Assembly: GCA_963768855.1 (NCBI GenBank) | Contig: CAVYJM010000006.1 | Location: forward strand, 224,001 to 288,000 | Origin: an uncultured Thermoplasmata archaeon | GTDB taxonomy: Archaea; Thermoplasmatota; Thermoplasmata; RBG-16-68-12 | DNA: 64,000 nucleotides | Direction: 5' to 3' | Shown here: positions 11,755-21,600 of the stretch, in pieces | Numbering within the stretch: the first letter of the stretch is position 1 | Layout of the letters: every line of letters starts with the position of its first letter | Notes under the pieces: generated by a model | What the model was told of the DNA's origin: nothing | The model's input: only the letters and a program-made list of their open reading frames with translations | The model's database searches: none | Program-made: the position numbers and the translations under genes

Positions 11755-13086
11755 CTATCGGGCCGGGAGGTTCCCGGACAGGCGGGCTTCGAGGGCTTCG
11801 AGCTCCGCGGCGCGCCTGCGGAGTTTCTCCTCTCGATCGAGCAGCTCCAGAGCCTTCTGCTGGATGATCTTGACACGTCGCTCGATGTCCTTGCGGGCCT
11901 CCTCGCTCTCGGCCGGGGACACTCCCGCGTCACTCGGGGCCGCCTTGGCGAGGGCCCCCTCGCGCGTGATCAGATCCTGCTCGCGTTTGGCGAGGGCCAT
12001 GTCCCGCTCCTCCATCGCCATCTCTCGTCCGCGGATCTTCTCCTCGCGGTCGAGCATCTCGATAGCCCGACGCTGCAGGAACTTGCGTTCCTTGCCGAGC
12101 TCCGACTTGACCGTCTCGAGCTCCTGCGTCGCGGCCGGAGAGGAGACGCCGGATGCCTCCGGAGGCTTGTGGGAGTTGACGAGCCGTTCTTTCGCCATCG
12201 CGGCGAACCTCTGGCTGAGCTCTTGGACGCGTCCCTCGATCGCGACGCGCATCCGCTCTGCCTCCGCCTCGCGGGCCGCCGCGTCCGCGCGCTCCCTGGC
12301 AATCGCGTCGGCGGCTTCCTTGGATTGCTGCTCGAGCTGGCGCACCTTGTCGGAGGCTTCGCGGTATTTCGATTCGAGCTCGTCCCGAGCGACCAGGAGA
12401 GCCTTCCGCTCGTCCTCGAACTGGTGGCGCAGATCCGTGAGCGCCTTGGCGTCCGCAAGATCGTGATTCTCGGCCGCGGATGCGGCCAGATGTTCGCTCA
12501 TCTCGAGCGACTGCCGTGCCCGGTCCACTCCGCTCGCCACGCCCTGCTGCATCTGGGCGACGTAGTCGGCAAGGGCCTTGAGCCGGTCCTTCTGACGGGC
12601 GAGCTCCTCGCCCCGCCCGTTCAGGTTCGCCTCGTCCGCCTTGAGCTGGACCTCGAGCTTGGCGAGTTCTTTCTCCCTCGCCTCGAGCTGCGCTTGGCGG
12701 TCGGTCAGCGCGGCATCCGGCTCGGCGTTCGCCTTCGGCGGTTCGAGGGCCCGGCCGGCCACGGTCCGCTTGGCCTCCGCGGCAAGATGGGCGTCTGCAG
12801 CGGTCAGGAGGGTCGCGGTCCAGTCCATGTCCTCGGGCGCCAGCTGTCCGCGCGAAAGGAGCACGAACACGAACTTCCCGCTCTGGAATGCGGTGAAGAC
12901 GTACTCGCCGACGAAGAGGGCCTCACGGTCGCCGATCCCGTCATCCGGGAGGACCTTAAGGAAGTCGTTGTAGTCAATGGGGCAGTCCGAATCCAGGACG
13001 TACTCCCCGTCCATGTCCCCCATCTCGTTGAGGACGTAGATCTTCTTCAGTTGTGCGCGCGTGGCTTTCTTCGAAGGAGGCGCCAT
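11755..13086 (-). CDS. Cytoplasmic protein: N-terminal longin-like domain plus long coiled coil (paralog 2)
   Basis: ORF 11755..13161; ATG 13086 (MAPPSKK) preferred as start. KIYVLNEMGDMDGEYVLDSDC domain followed by E/K/R/A-rich heptads. Confidence 0.8.
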   Translation of the reverse strand: MAPPSKKATRAQLKKIYVLNEMGDMDGEYVLDSDCPIDYNDFLKVLPDDGIGDREALFVGEYVFTAFQSGKFVFVLLSRGQLAPEDMDWTATLLTAADAHLAAEAKRTVAGRALEPPKANAEPDAALTDRQAQLEAREKELAKLEVQLKADEANLNGRGEELARQKDRLKALADYVAQMQQGVASGVDRARQSLEMSEHLAASAAENHDLADAKALTDLRHQFEDERKALLVARDELESKYREASDKVRQLEQQSKEAADAIARERADAAAREAEAERMRVAIEGRVQELSQRFAAMAKERLVNSHKPPEASGVSSPAATQELETVKSELGKERKFLQRRAIEMLDREEKIRGREMAMEERDMALAKREQDLITREGALAKAAPSDAGVSPAESEEARKDIERRVKIIQQKALELLDREEKLRRRAAELEALEARLSGNLPAR

Positions 13087-13233
13087 GAGCACGGATGCGA
13101 GGGCGGGGCCGAGTGCCCTGAAGACGATACCGGTGACCAGGGTCTCGCGAACCCCTTGCATGCGCTGCCCGCCTCGGCGTCGCGAGGGCTGGACCTCGCG
13201 TTGCCATCGTGCAAGAATCGACTCGCCAGAAGG

Positions 13234-13241
13234 TTATTTAA
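13234..13241 (-). promoter_or_regulatory. TATA box upstream of paralog 2
   Basis: Minus strand CTTAAATAACC in the intergenic gap. Confidence 0.45.
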
Positions 13242-13299
13242 GAGGGGGCCCTTGGTTATCGGGGCTGAGAAACTCTGCCTGCAGACGGGGGATTTTCTC

Positions 13300-13971
13300 T
13301 CAGGCCGGGGTCGGGGGGAGGCCGGCTGCGGCGCGGGGGTCCTTCGCCTTCTCCTCCTTCGCCGGGAGGAACGTGCGCTGCATCTGGACCGCGTAGTCGC
13401 GGAGCGTCACGAGCTTCGCCTCCCGCGAGCGGATGTCCGCCTCGAGTTCGTTCAGCCTCGTCGAAGCGACCCGGATCTCCGATTCCATGGTTCCTGCGCG
13501 CTGCTCGCGTCGGGCGAGGTCGGACTCCCGCTGTGCGATCTCCTGCTCCCGCGCCCGCAGGTCCAGATCCTTCTTCGCGAGGAGGGGCTCGATCATGGGC
13601 GGGATGTGGATGCGCGCGGCCGCGAGGAGCGTTCCCACCGAGCCGCGCTCTTCGATGCGGGGCACGCCGTGGGTGAGGATGACGAACCAGAGGTCGTCCA
13701 CCTTGAACGGGGTGAAGGCGTACTCGCCCTGGTAGAAGCTGACGAGGTGGCGCAGGCCGCTCACGGGCACCGAGCGGACCAGGTCGGAGTTCTCGAGAGG
13801 GCAATCGTCGTTGAGCGCGTACTCGCCGATGAGGTTGCGGTTCGAATCCATGACGAAGATCCTCTCATAGTCGATCTGCGGGACCGTCTTGGGGCCCCGG
13901 ATCGAGAACCTCGTCGGGACAATCCCGCTCGCGTTCCGAGTCTTCTCATCCTGCTCGCTGACCTCTCGCAT
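13300..13971 (-). CDS. Cytoplasmic protein: N-terminal longin-like domain plus short coiled coil (paralog 3)
   Basis: ORF 13300..14022; ATG 13971 (MREVSEQ) preferred. RIFVMDSNRNLIGEYALNDDC domain aligns with paralog 2, followed by REQEIAQRESDLARRE heptads. Confidence 0.8.
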   Translation of the reverse strand: MREVSEQDEKTRNASGIVPTRFSIRGPKTVPQIDYERIFVMDSNRNLIGEYALNDDCPLENSDLVRSVPVSGLRHLVSFYQGEYAFTPFKVDDLWFVILTHGVPRIEERGSVGTLLAAARIHIPPMIEPLLAKKDLDLRAREQEIAQRESDLARREQRAGTMESEIRVASTRLNELEADIRSREAKLVTLRDYAVQMQRTFLPAKEEKAKDPRAAAGLPPTPA

Positions 13972-14107
13972 GGAACTACGCCCTCCTCTCCCACTTTGGC
14001 GCGGTGCTTGGAAGATAGGCACACGGGGTCATTTGAGCGTTTCTATTGAATTCGCACGTTCTTGTTATCGAGCCTGGGAACATCACCGGCCGAGACCGGG
14101 GAATCGC

Positions 14108-14482
14108 TCACACGACGGCGCGTGCGGCGTCGATGTTGTCGACGCCAATCGCGAGCTGCACGTGGTCCCCCATGGACTCGAGGTGCACCACGCTCTGAAT
14201 GTCGACCCCCGCATCGCCGAGTTTGTGCGCGAGGGCGGCGAAGGCGCCTGGGGTGTCCGGGAGGCTGATGACGATCACGGTCCGCTGGGCGCACTCGTAC
14301 CCGGCCTTCGTGATCGACTGGCGCGCCTTGATCGGCTGGTCCGTGATCAGGCTGACATAGGAGTGGCCGGCGCCCGAGTTCGCGCTCATCGCGTCGATGT
14401 TGATCGATTCCTCCGCAAGGAGCCGGAGGATCTTCCCCAGCTCCCCGGGACGGTCCGGGATGTCGACGTCGAGCTGTATCAC
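14108..14482 (-). CDS. Tandem ACT-domain protein
   Basis: DIPDRPGELGKILRLLAEESINI and SLPDTPGAFAALAHKLGDAGVDI ACT signatures; GTG start at 14482. Confidence 0.85.
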   Translation of the reverse strand: MIQLDVDIPDRPGELGKILRLLAEESINIDAMSANSGAGHSYVSLITDQPIKARQSITKAGYECAQRTVIVISLPDTPGAFAALAHKLGDAGVDIQSVVHLESMGDHVQLAIGVDNIDAARAVV

Positions 14483-14598
14483 GCCTCGCTTCCCCGCTGC
14501 TCCTCTCCAAGGCACCCGAGGCTACTAGGGTTGCGCGTTTCCCGGCGCCTGCCGGCGAAGGCCTTATCGGGTGCGCGCACGGTCCGTACCGGGATCAC

Positions 14599-14994
14599 AT
14601 GCAGTTCCGGTTCGTCTACGTCGGCATCCAGGTCCGAGACCTCGACCGATCCATCGCGTTCTACCGAGACCTCCTCGGCATGAAGGTCGGGCGCCGCGAG
14701 AAAGTCGCGGAGACCGGCGGGGAGTGGGCGGAGCTCCGGACGCCCGGTTCCGACCTGCTCCTGGAGCTGAACTGGTATCCCGAGGGCACGCGCTTCTTCA
14801 AGGGTCCGTACCGGCACGGCGACGAGCTCGACCATCTCGCCTTCGACTGCGAGGATGCGGATGCGGCGTACCGCGAACTCGTCGCGAAAGGCGCCCGACC
14901 CGGCCTTCCCCCGTTCACAGAGAGCACGTCCCGCCTCGCCTACGTCGTGGATCCAGACGGCGTATGGATCGAGTTGTCCTCGAAGGCGCGCTGA
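14599..14994 (+). CDS. VOC/glyoxalase-family protein
   Basis: VRDLDRSIAFY, LELNWY, LDHLAF, DPDGVWIEL motifs. Confidence 0.9.
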   Translation: MQFRFVYVGIQVRDLDRSIAFYRDLLGMKVGRREKVAETGGEWAELRTPGSDLLLELNWYPEGTRFFKGPYRHGDELDHLAFDCEDADAAYRELVAKGARPGLPPFTESTSRLAYVVDPDGVWIELSSKAR

Positions 14995-15041
14995 ACCCGC
15001 AACCCTAAGTGCGCTCGTTCGTTCGGGGGACCGGGTTGGCC

Positions 15042-15908
15042 GTGGGCGCGGAATCCGACTTGATCTTCGGGCTCGCCACGGCGTTCGGGTACGGGAGCGG
15101 GGATTTCGTCGCCCGCCAGACGGCCCGCCGAATCGGGCACCTCCAGGTCCTGTTCTACATGGAGGTGGCGAGCCTCGCGCTCCTGGTCCCCGCAGCGGTC
15201 CTCTTCGATTCAGGCCAGTGGCACTGGACCCCGATGTGGGGGTACGCCGCTGGCCTCGCGGTCCTCAACGTCGTGGCATCGCTCTTCCTCTACCGCTCGT
15301 TCGAATACGGTGTCCTCTCCGTGGTCTCGCCCGTCGTGTCGACCTTCCCCGCGGTCACGGCGATCCTTGCGTTCGTGTTCCTTCCGGAGCAGCCCACGCC
15401 TTTGGTGGTCGCCGGGATCGTCGCGGCCCTCGCGGGCGTCGTCCTGATCTCGCGGGCCCAGGCGCACCCGGACAACCCTCCTGCGAAGGACGCCCGGAAG
15501 GGCCTGGTCAGCGCCGTCCTCTGCTTCCTGGGCTATGGGGTCTTCTACTTCGCCTTGAAGTTCGTCGTGGCGGACCTGGGCGTGCTCACGACCGCGGCGT
15601 ACATCCGGGTCGTCGGCGTCGCGGCGATCGCCGTGGCCATGCTCGTGGGGATCGCGCATGTCCGCCGCGTTCCCCGCGCGTTCGTCCCCTCCCTCGTGGT
15701 CGTCGGGGTCTTGGACAGCGCGGCGTTCCTCACGTACAACGTGGGGATTACCCTCGGCTCCGTCGCGGTCGTAGGCACGCTCAGCGGTCTCTTCAGCGCG
15801 GTGACCGTCGGGCTCGCGGCCCTCATCCTCCGGGAACGCCTCGTCCGGATTCAGTACGCGGGTCTCGCCGCGATCTTCCTCGGCATCGTGCTGCTGGCCC
15901 TCGCCTGA
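15042..15908 (+). CDS. EamA/DMT-family transporter
   Basis: About 10 hydrophobic helices in two repeats (YGSGDF, GVLSVVSPVVSTFPAVT, ILRERL); GTG 15042 taken as start. Confidence 0.9.
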   Translation: MGAESDLIFGLATAFGYGSGDFVARQTARRIGHLQVLFYMEVASLALLVPAAVLFDSGQWHWTPMWGYAAGLAVLNVVASLFLYRSFEYGVLSVVSPVVSTFPAVTAILAFVFLPEQPTPLVVAGIVAALAGVVLISRAQAHPDNPPAKDARKGLVSAVLCFLGYGVFYFALKFVVADLGVLTTAAYIRVVGVAAIAVAMLVGIAHVRRVPRAFVPSLVVVGVLDSAAFLTYNVGITLGSVAVVGTLSGLFSAVTVGLAALILRERLVRIQYAGLAAIFLGIVLLALA

Positions 15909-15948
15909 CGGCTCGAAGACCATATAGCGGCACCCACTTGCCGTCCGC

Positions 15949-16350
15949 ATGGTCCCCTGCACCTTCACCTACACGGGCATCCGCGTCCGCGATCTCGACC
16001 GCTCCATCGCGTTCTACACGGGCATCCTCGGGATGCGTCTCGTGTTCCGAATGAAGCTGCGGAAGACCCGCGGGGAGGTGGCTCTCCTCCGGAGCGGGCG
16101 GAGCCGCCAGCGCCTGGAGCTGAACTGGTACGAGCCGGGAAGCCGGTACGCAAAGCCGTTCCAGGTGGGCGAGGGCCTCGACCACCTCGCCTTCCGGACG
16201 GGGGACCTGAGGAAGGCGATCCGGGAGTTCCGCAAGGCGGGCCACGCCGTCGTGGACGGTCCGCACGGGGGCCCGAAGGCCGCGTGGATCTACATCCGCG
16301 ACCCGGACGGCCTATGGATCGAGATCAACGGCCCGCTCGCGAAGGCGTGA
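15949..16350 (+). CDS. VOC/glyoxalase-family protein (paralog of 14599..14994)
   Basis: VRDLDRSIAFY, LELNWY, LDHLAF, DPDGLWIEI motifs. Confidence 0.9.
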   Translation: MVPCTFTYTGIRVRDLDRSIAFYTGILGMRLVFRMKLRKTRGEVALLRSGRSRQRLELNWYEPGSRYAKPFQVGEGLDHLAFRTGDLRKAIREFRKAGHAVVDGPHGGPKAAWIYIRDPDGLWIEINGPLAKA

Positions 16351-16354
16351 GGCG

Positions 16355-18475
16355 TCAGTCTGCCGAATCGGCGGCGACCAGGATCACGCGCGCGTCGACC
16401 GCACGATACCCCTTGCCCTGCTCCAGGGACTCGATCGGGTTCAGGTCGATCTCCTGGATCTGGTCGAAGTCGAGGACGAGCTGGGAGAACCGCAGGATCG
16501 CCTCCGCGAGCGCGTCGACATCCCGCGGAGGCTCGCCTCGGACACCCGCCAGGAGGGGGTAGGTCCGGATCGCGCGGATCATCCGGTAGGCATCCTGGTC
16601 CGTGAGGGGCGGGAGCCCGAACGACACGTCCTTCATGTACTCGACGTAGACGCCGCCCAGGCCGAACACGAGGAAGGGGCCGTACACCTTGTCCCGGGTC
16701 ATCCCCAGGATGACCTCCTTCCCGCGGAAGATGTACTCCTGGACGAGGATGGCGTCCGCTTTGATCCCCTGGGTCTCCATGCGATGCAGGAGTCGCATGC
16801 CCTCGAGCCGCAGGGCGCGCTCGTCGCGAATGTCGAGCACGACGGCCCGCAGCTCCGTCTTGTGCAGGAGCTGCTTCCCGACGGCCTTCAGGACCACCGG
16901 GTAGCCGAGCTCGCGCGCCGCACGCGCCGCGTCGTCCATGTCCTTGCAGAGCCTCGCCCGCGCGGTCGTCAGGCCGTACGCCTCGAGGAACTCCACCGCC
17001 TCGATCTCGGTGAGGCGCGTGCGCCCCTCGCCCAGCGCGTTGTCGAGGATCGTGCCGGCCCGGGCCCGGGACACGTCGAAGGTGCGGACCTTGCCCTCAT
17101 CCCGCTTCAGGTACTGGGCGTAGCGGTACATCGCCGCCAGAGCGCGGGCCGCGTTCTCCGGATACAGATACGATGGGAGGCTGTGCGTCACCAGTTCCAT
17201 GAATCCCGGACTGTCCGCGGTGCGGCCCAGGAAGTTGCAGAGGACCGGCTTCTTGAACTTCGAGGCGGCCTGCCACACGACCTTCGCCCAGTCCACCTCG
17301 TCTGTGCGCACCGGAGGCACGTAGACCGCGATCGCCGCGTCGACCTCGGGGTCCGCGAGGGCGGCCTCGAGGGCGCGCCGGTAGTCGTCGAGCGAGCCCT
17401 CCGGCGTGAGGTCGACCGGGTTCGCGATCGAGGCGTCCGGCGGCGCCCAGGCCTTCATCGAGGCCTTCGTGGTCTCCGTGAACTCCGCGAGCGTCAGACC
17501 CTGGGCCGAGAGCTCGTCCACGGCCATGATCGCGGGGCCGCCGGCGTCCGAGATCACCGCGACCCGGTTCCCCTGGGGCAGTGGTTGTAGGGAGAACGCC
17601 ATCGTGAAGTCGAACAGTTCCTCGATGGAGTTCGCCCGGAGGACGCCCGTCTGGTTGAACACGGCCTCCGCGGCGAGGTCAGATCCTCCGAGGCTGCCCG
17701 TGTGGGACGCGGTTGCCCGGCCGCCCGCCTCGGAGCGTCCCGCCTTCACCGCGATCACCGGCTTGATCTTCGTGACCTCCCGCGCGATCCGCACGAAGTT
17801 CTTCGGGTTGCCGAAGTTCTCGATGTAGGCCGCGACGAGTTTGGTCTCCGGGTCGTCCTTCCAGGCGTTGAGCAGGTCGTTCAGGCTGACCTGGGCCTTG
17901 TTGCCGAGGGAGCAGAACTTCGCGAAGCCGAGGCCGAGCGACTTCGCATGCTCCAGGATCGCGACGCCGAGCGCGCCGCTCTGCGTGATCAGAGAGACGT
18001 GGCCGCGGAGCGGCGGCGTGGGGGCGAAGGTCGCGTCCAGCTGGACGTCGGGGTGGGAGTTGATGATGCCCATGCAGTTCGGGCCGATCATCGTCATCCC
18101 GTACTTCTGGACGAGAGCGGTGAGGTCCTTCTCGCGCTCCACGCCGACGCCGCCGATTTCGCGGAAGCCGGCGGTGATCACGATGAGCCCTTTGATCCCC
18201 TTCTTGCCGCATTCCTCGACCGCGGCCAGGGCGATTGCCGCTGGGACGGTGATGATCGCGAGGTCGACCGGCTCGGGGAGCGCGGTCACGCTCGGGTAGC
18301 AGGGCAGGCCGTGGATGGCGTCGGCCTTCGGGTTCACCGGGTAGACGCGGCCCTTGTACTCGTTGACGACCAGGTTGTGGACGAGCTCGTAGCCGATCTT
18401 CCCAGGCTGGCGCGAGGCCCCGACGACCGCGATCGATCGGGGCGAGAAGATCGCGTCGAGCCCATCCTCCGCCAT
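16355..18475 (-). CDS. Acetate/acyl-CoA ligase (ADP-forming), fused alpha-beta
   Basis: FSPRSIAVVGASRQPGKIG CoA-binding fold, GPNCMG, SQ/TQSGA, ASHTGS phospho-His motif, C-terminal ATP-grasp (GYPVVLK, HKTE, DLNP); ATG 18475. Confidence 0.92.
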   Translation of the reverse strand: MAEDGLDAIFSPRSIAVVGASRQPGKIGYELVHNLVVNEYKGRVYPVNPKADAIHGLPCYPSVTALPEPVDLAIITVPAAIALAAVEECGKKGIKGLIVITAGFREIGGVGVEREKDLTALVQKYGMTMIGPNCMGIINSHPDVQLDATFAPTPPLRGHVSLITQSGALGVAILEHAKSLGLGFAKFCSLGNKAQVSLNDLLNAWKDDPETKLVAAYIENFGNPKNFVRIAREVTKIKPVIAVKAGRSEAGGRATASHTGSLGGSDLAAEAVFNQTGVLRANSIEELFDFTMAFSLQPLPQGNRVAVISDAGGPAIMAVDELSAQGLTLAEFTETTKASMKAWAPPDASIANPVDLTPEGSLDDYRRALEAALADPEVDAAIAVYVPPVRTDEVDWAKVVWQAASKFKKPVLCNFLGRTADSPGFMELVTHSLPSYLYPENAARALAAMYRYAQYLKRDEGKVRTFDVSRARAGTILDNALGEGRTRLTEIEAVEFLEAYGLTTARARLCKDMDDAARAARELGYPVVLKAVGKQLLHKTELRAVVLDIRDERALRLEGMRLLHRMETQGIKADAILVQEYIFRGKEVILGMTRDKVYGPFLVFGLGGVYVEYMKDVSFGLPPLTDQDAYRMIRAIRTYPLLAGVRGEPPRDVDALAEAILRFSQLVLDFDQIQEIDLNPIESLEQGKGYRAVDARVILVAADSAD

Positions 18476-18635
18476 CGTCGCGCCGAAGCTTCGCCGGACT
18501 AATGAACCTTCCCCGTGGGCCACGTGCGATTCGTTATCGCGGTTGGTAACGGCGCCCCTTTCCTAATATATCGTCCCGCGAACGGCGTGGGTCACTCACG
18601 CAGCGCCGATCTTCCGTTCGGAGCAGCGATTCCCT

Positions 18636-21600
18636 ATGGCCCAAGCCATCGAACGCCGGTCCCGGCGAAGCCTCGCAACCGTCCTTCTCCTCCTCGGGGC
18701 GGCGCTCACGCTCACGCCGATTCTGGCCCCGTCCGCGGTCGCTGCGGGCACGACGTACCTGTCCGGGAACGCATGTGCCTCGAGCACCACTCCGACCTGG
18801 GTGAACACGACCACGTACGTCCTAGCCGGGAACGTGACCGTCCCCGTGGGTTGCACGCTCACCATCCAGTCGGGCACGGTCATCAAGGCCGACCCCCAGG
18901 TGCGCCTCTACCTCAACGGCGTGCTCGAGGCGAACGGCACCGCTACGAGCTACATTTCGTTCGACGCGAACCGTACGAGCCAGGTCTGGGGCGGCGTCCA
19001 GTTCAACAAGACCTCCCAGGCCTCCTACCTCCAGTACGCCTCCCTGCACATGGTGGACCACGGCGTCCGCGTCGTCGGAACCCCGCTGTTCTGGGGACCG
19101 ACTCTTTCCCATCTCGACATCGACCATGCGATCGTCGGGGTCGAGTTCCAGGGGGCGAACGCGACGCTGTCCTGGAGCCGAATCAACTACACCACGATGG
19201 CCGTCCACGCCTCCGATGGCGGCTACGGCGGTTACCCGATTATCGTCGCGAACACGATCACGACCGTCCTCTCGAACCCCGCCATCGCCATCTACGCGAC
19301 CAACCTGGTGCAGCCGACGATCCAGTCAAACTGGATTACCTGGGTGAACGGAACGGACGGCTCGGCGGGCGGGGCCTTGCTGACGACCGGCCAGGACGGG
19401 GGCGCGGCCGTGGGCATCCTGGTCACCGGGGGCACCTGGCCAATCGTTGCCGGGAATACGATCAGCCAGGTCCGCGGCGGCCGGGGAGGCGCAGGAGGTT
19501 CGCCTCTCATCTCCGGCAACGGCGGCCGCGGTGGGAAGGGCGGGGACGCGAGCGGAATTGTGATGGCGAACGCCCAGAACTCGAGGGCCCAGACCAACGA
19601 CATCACGGGCGTCGTCGGCGGGCATGGCGGGAACGGAGGGGATGCGAGCGGCCTGGGCACCACCGGCGGCGCGGGTGGTGCGGGCGGCACCGCCATCGCG
19701 ATGGAAGCCCTCGACAACACGGTCACGGGATGGTGGTTCTACAACGACGCCATCGGGATCAGCGGCGGATCCGCGGGAGACGGCGGCGGGGGTCCCCTCT
19801 CGGGCGCCGGTGGGTCCGGTGGCGCCGCGTACGCTCACTTCTTCCTTCAGAACATGGCGGGCAACGCCAGCAACAACCTGGCCCAGACCCTCGTGGGCGG
19901 ATACGGCGGGAACGGGTCCGTCGGCGGCGTGGGCGGGGAGGTCGGCGGCGTCTGGATGGCCGGCATGGGTGGCAGTGGCATCGTGGGCAGCAACACGATC
20001 GCGGGACTCACCGGAGGCCAGGGCGGTGCGGGAGCTCAGCCTACGGCAGGCGGCGGAAACGCGACCGCGCTCCTCCTGATCGGGGACGCAGGCAAGTACA
20101 ACACCACGACCGTCCGGGGCAACACGATCAACGGGATCACCGGAGGCGTTGGGGGCGTCGGCAGCCGCGGCGGCTCGAACGGGGGAGTCGCCACCGCGAT
20201 CGGCGCGGTCTACACGCGCGTCGTTTCGTCTGGGAACACGATCCAGGCGATTACGGGGGGTCAGGGAGGCAGCACGGGTCCAACCTGGACGAACGGCCAG
20301 GGCGGTTCCGCCACGGCCTACGCCGTTGCCCTGACCCCGTCGAGCTCCTCGTCCCAAGATCGGGTCCAGTCCGTCACGAAGGGGCTGCCCGGGTCCGGCG
20401 GGACCAATCCGTCTCCGGCCCAGGCGATCGGCTTCTACGTCCTCGGGAACGCGACCCTCACCTCGGTCGCCTCCCTCACGAACGACACGTTCGCATCCAT
20501 CGGGGAGCGCGACCTCTTCCTCGAGAACTACACGAGGACGACCGCGCTCAACACGACCTTTGCGCCGAGCACGCTTTACGTCGGGCCTGCGGCGAACCTG
20601 ACCGTGCAGAACTTCCTGGCGGTCAAGGTCCTCTGGCCCAACAACGTCACCGCGGTCGCGGGTGCACGGGTCGCCGTCGCGGACAGTGGGGTCGAGGTCT
20701 ACAATCGGACGAGCTCCACGGGGAATCTGAAGTGGATCGTCGTGACGAATCGCGTCTACATCGACAGCGCGATCCCCTTGTGGAACACGACGCGGGTGAC
20801 GGTTAGCTATCTCACCTACACGTTCGGGAACAACCCGCGGACCGTGAACATGACCACGAGCCAGACCCAGTACTTCACGATGATCGACCGAACGCCTCCC
20901 ACGACGGCCATGACCGCCCTGTCCGCGTTCACCACGACGAGGACGTTCACCCTCCACTACTCCTACTCGGATGGCTTCGGAGCCGGAGTCACCAGCGTCA
21001 CGATCTGGGACCGTGTGAATGGGAGCACATGGAACACATACGCAATCATCTCCGTCACCGGCTCCGGGAGCGGGCAAATCTCGTTCACTGCGGCCTCCGA
21101 TGGTCTCTACGAGTTCGCCGCGACGGCGATCGACGCCGCGGCCAACCAGCAGACCCCCGTCCCGCCGACGGCGAACCAGACGTGGACGATCGTCGACACG
21201 ACGAAGCCCGCGTCCCAGGCGACCGCGCTCCCGGCCTGGGAGACGTCTCTCTCCTTCCTCGTGAGCTGGGGTCCCAGCCCGGGCACGACGGACATCGCCT
21301 CGTACACCGTCCAGTACAACAGCACGGGGACGTGGGTGACGTGGCTCAGCTCGACGCTCCTGACCTCCTCCACGTTCACGGCGACGAGCCAGACCGTCTA
21401 CCAGTTCCGGACGCTCGCCCGGGACTTCGCGGGCAACGTCGAGGTGAAGACGGGCAACGACACGTGGACCCTGGTCGACTCCGTGGTCCCGACCTCCGCG
21501 GTCTCCGCGCTACCTAGCTATGAGACGATCGCGGTCTTCTCCATCGCCTGGGGTCCGACGGCGGGCACCTCGGACGTCGCGAACTACACGGTCCAGGTCC

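Noticed and set aside
1-13971. Calling the longin-like plus coiled-coil proteins SNAREs
   Set aside because: No recognisable SNARE motif with a central Q/R layer, no C-terminal anchor on the soluble paralogs, and the fold itself is only inferred.
19340-20410. Mycobacterial PE_PGRS gene or collagen
   Set aside because: No PE domain, and the repeat is GGx interleaved with beta rungs, not continuous Gxy.
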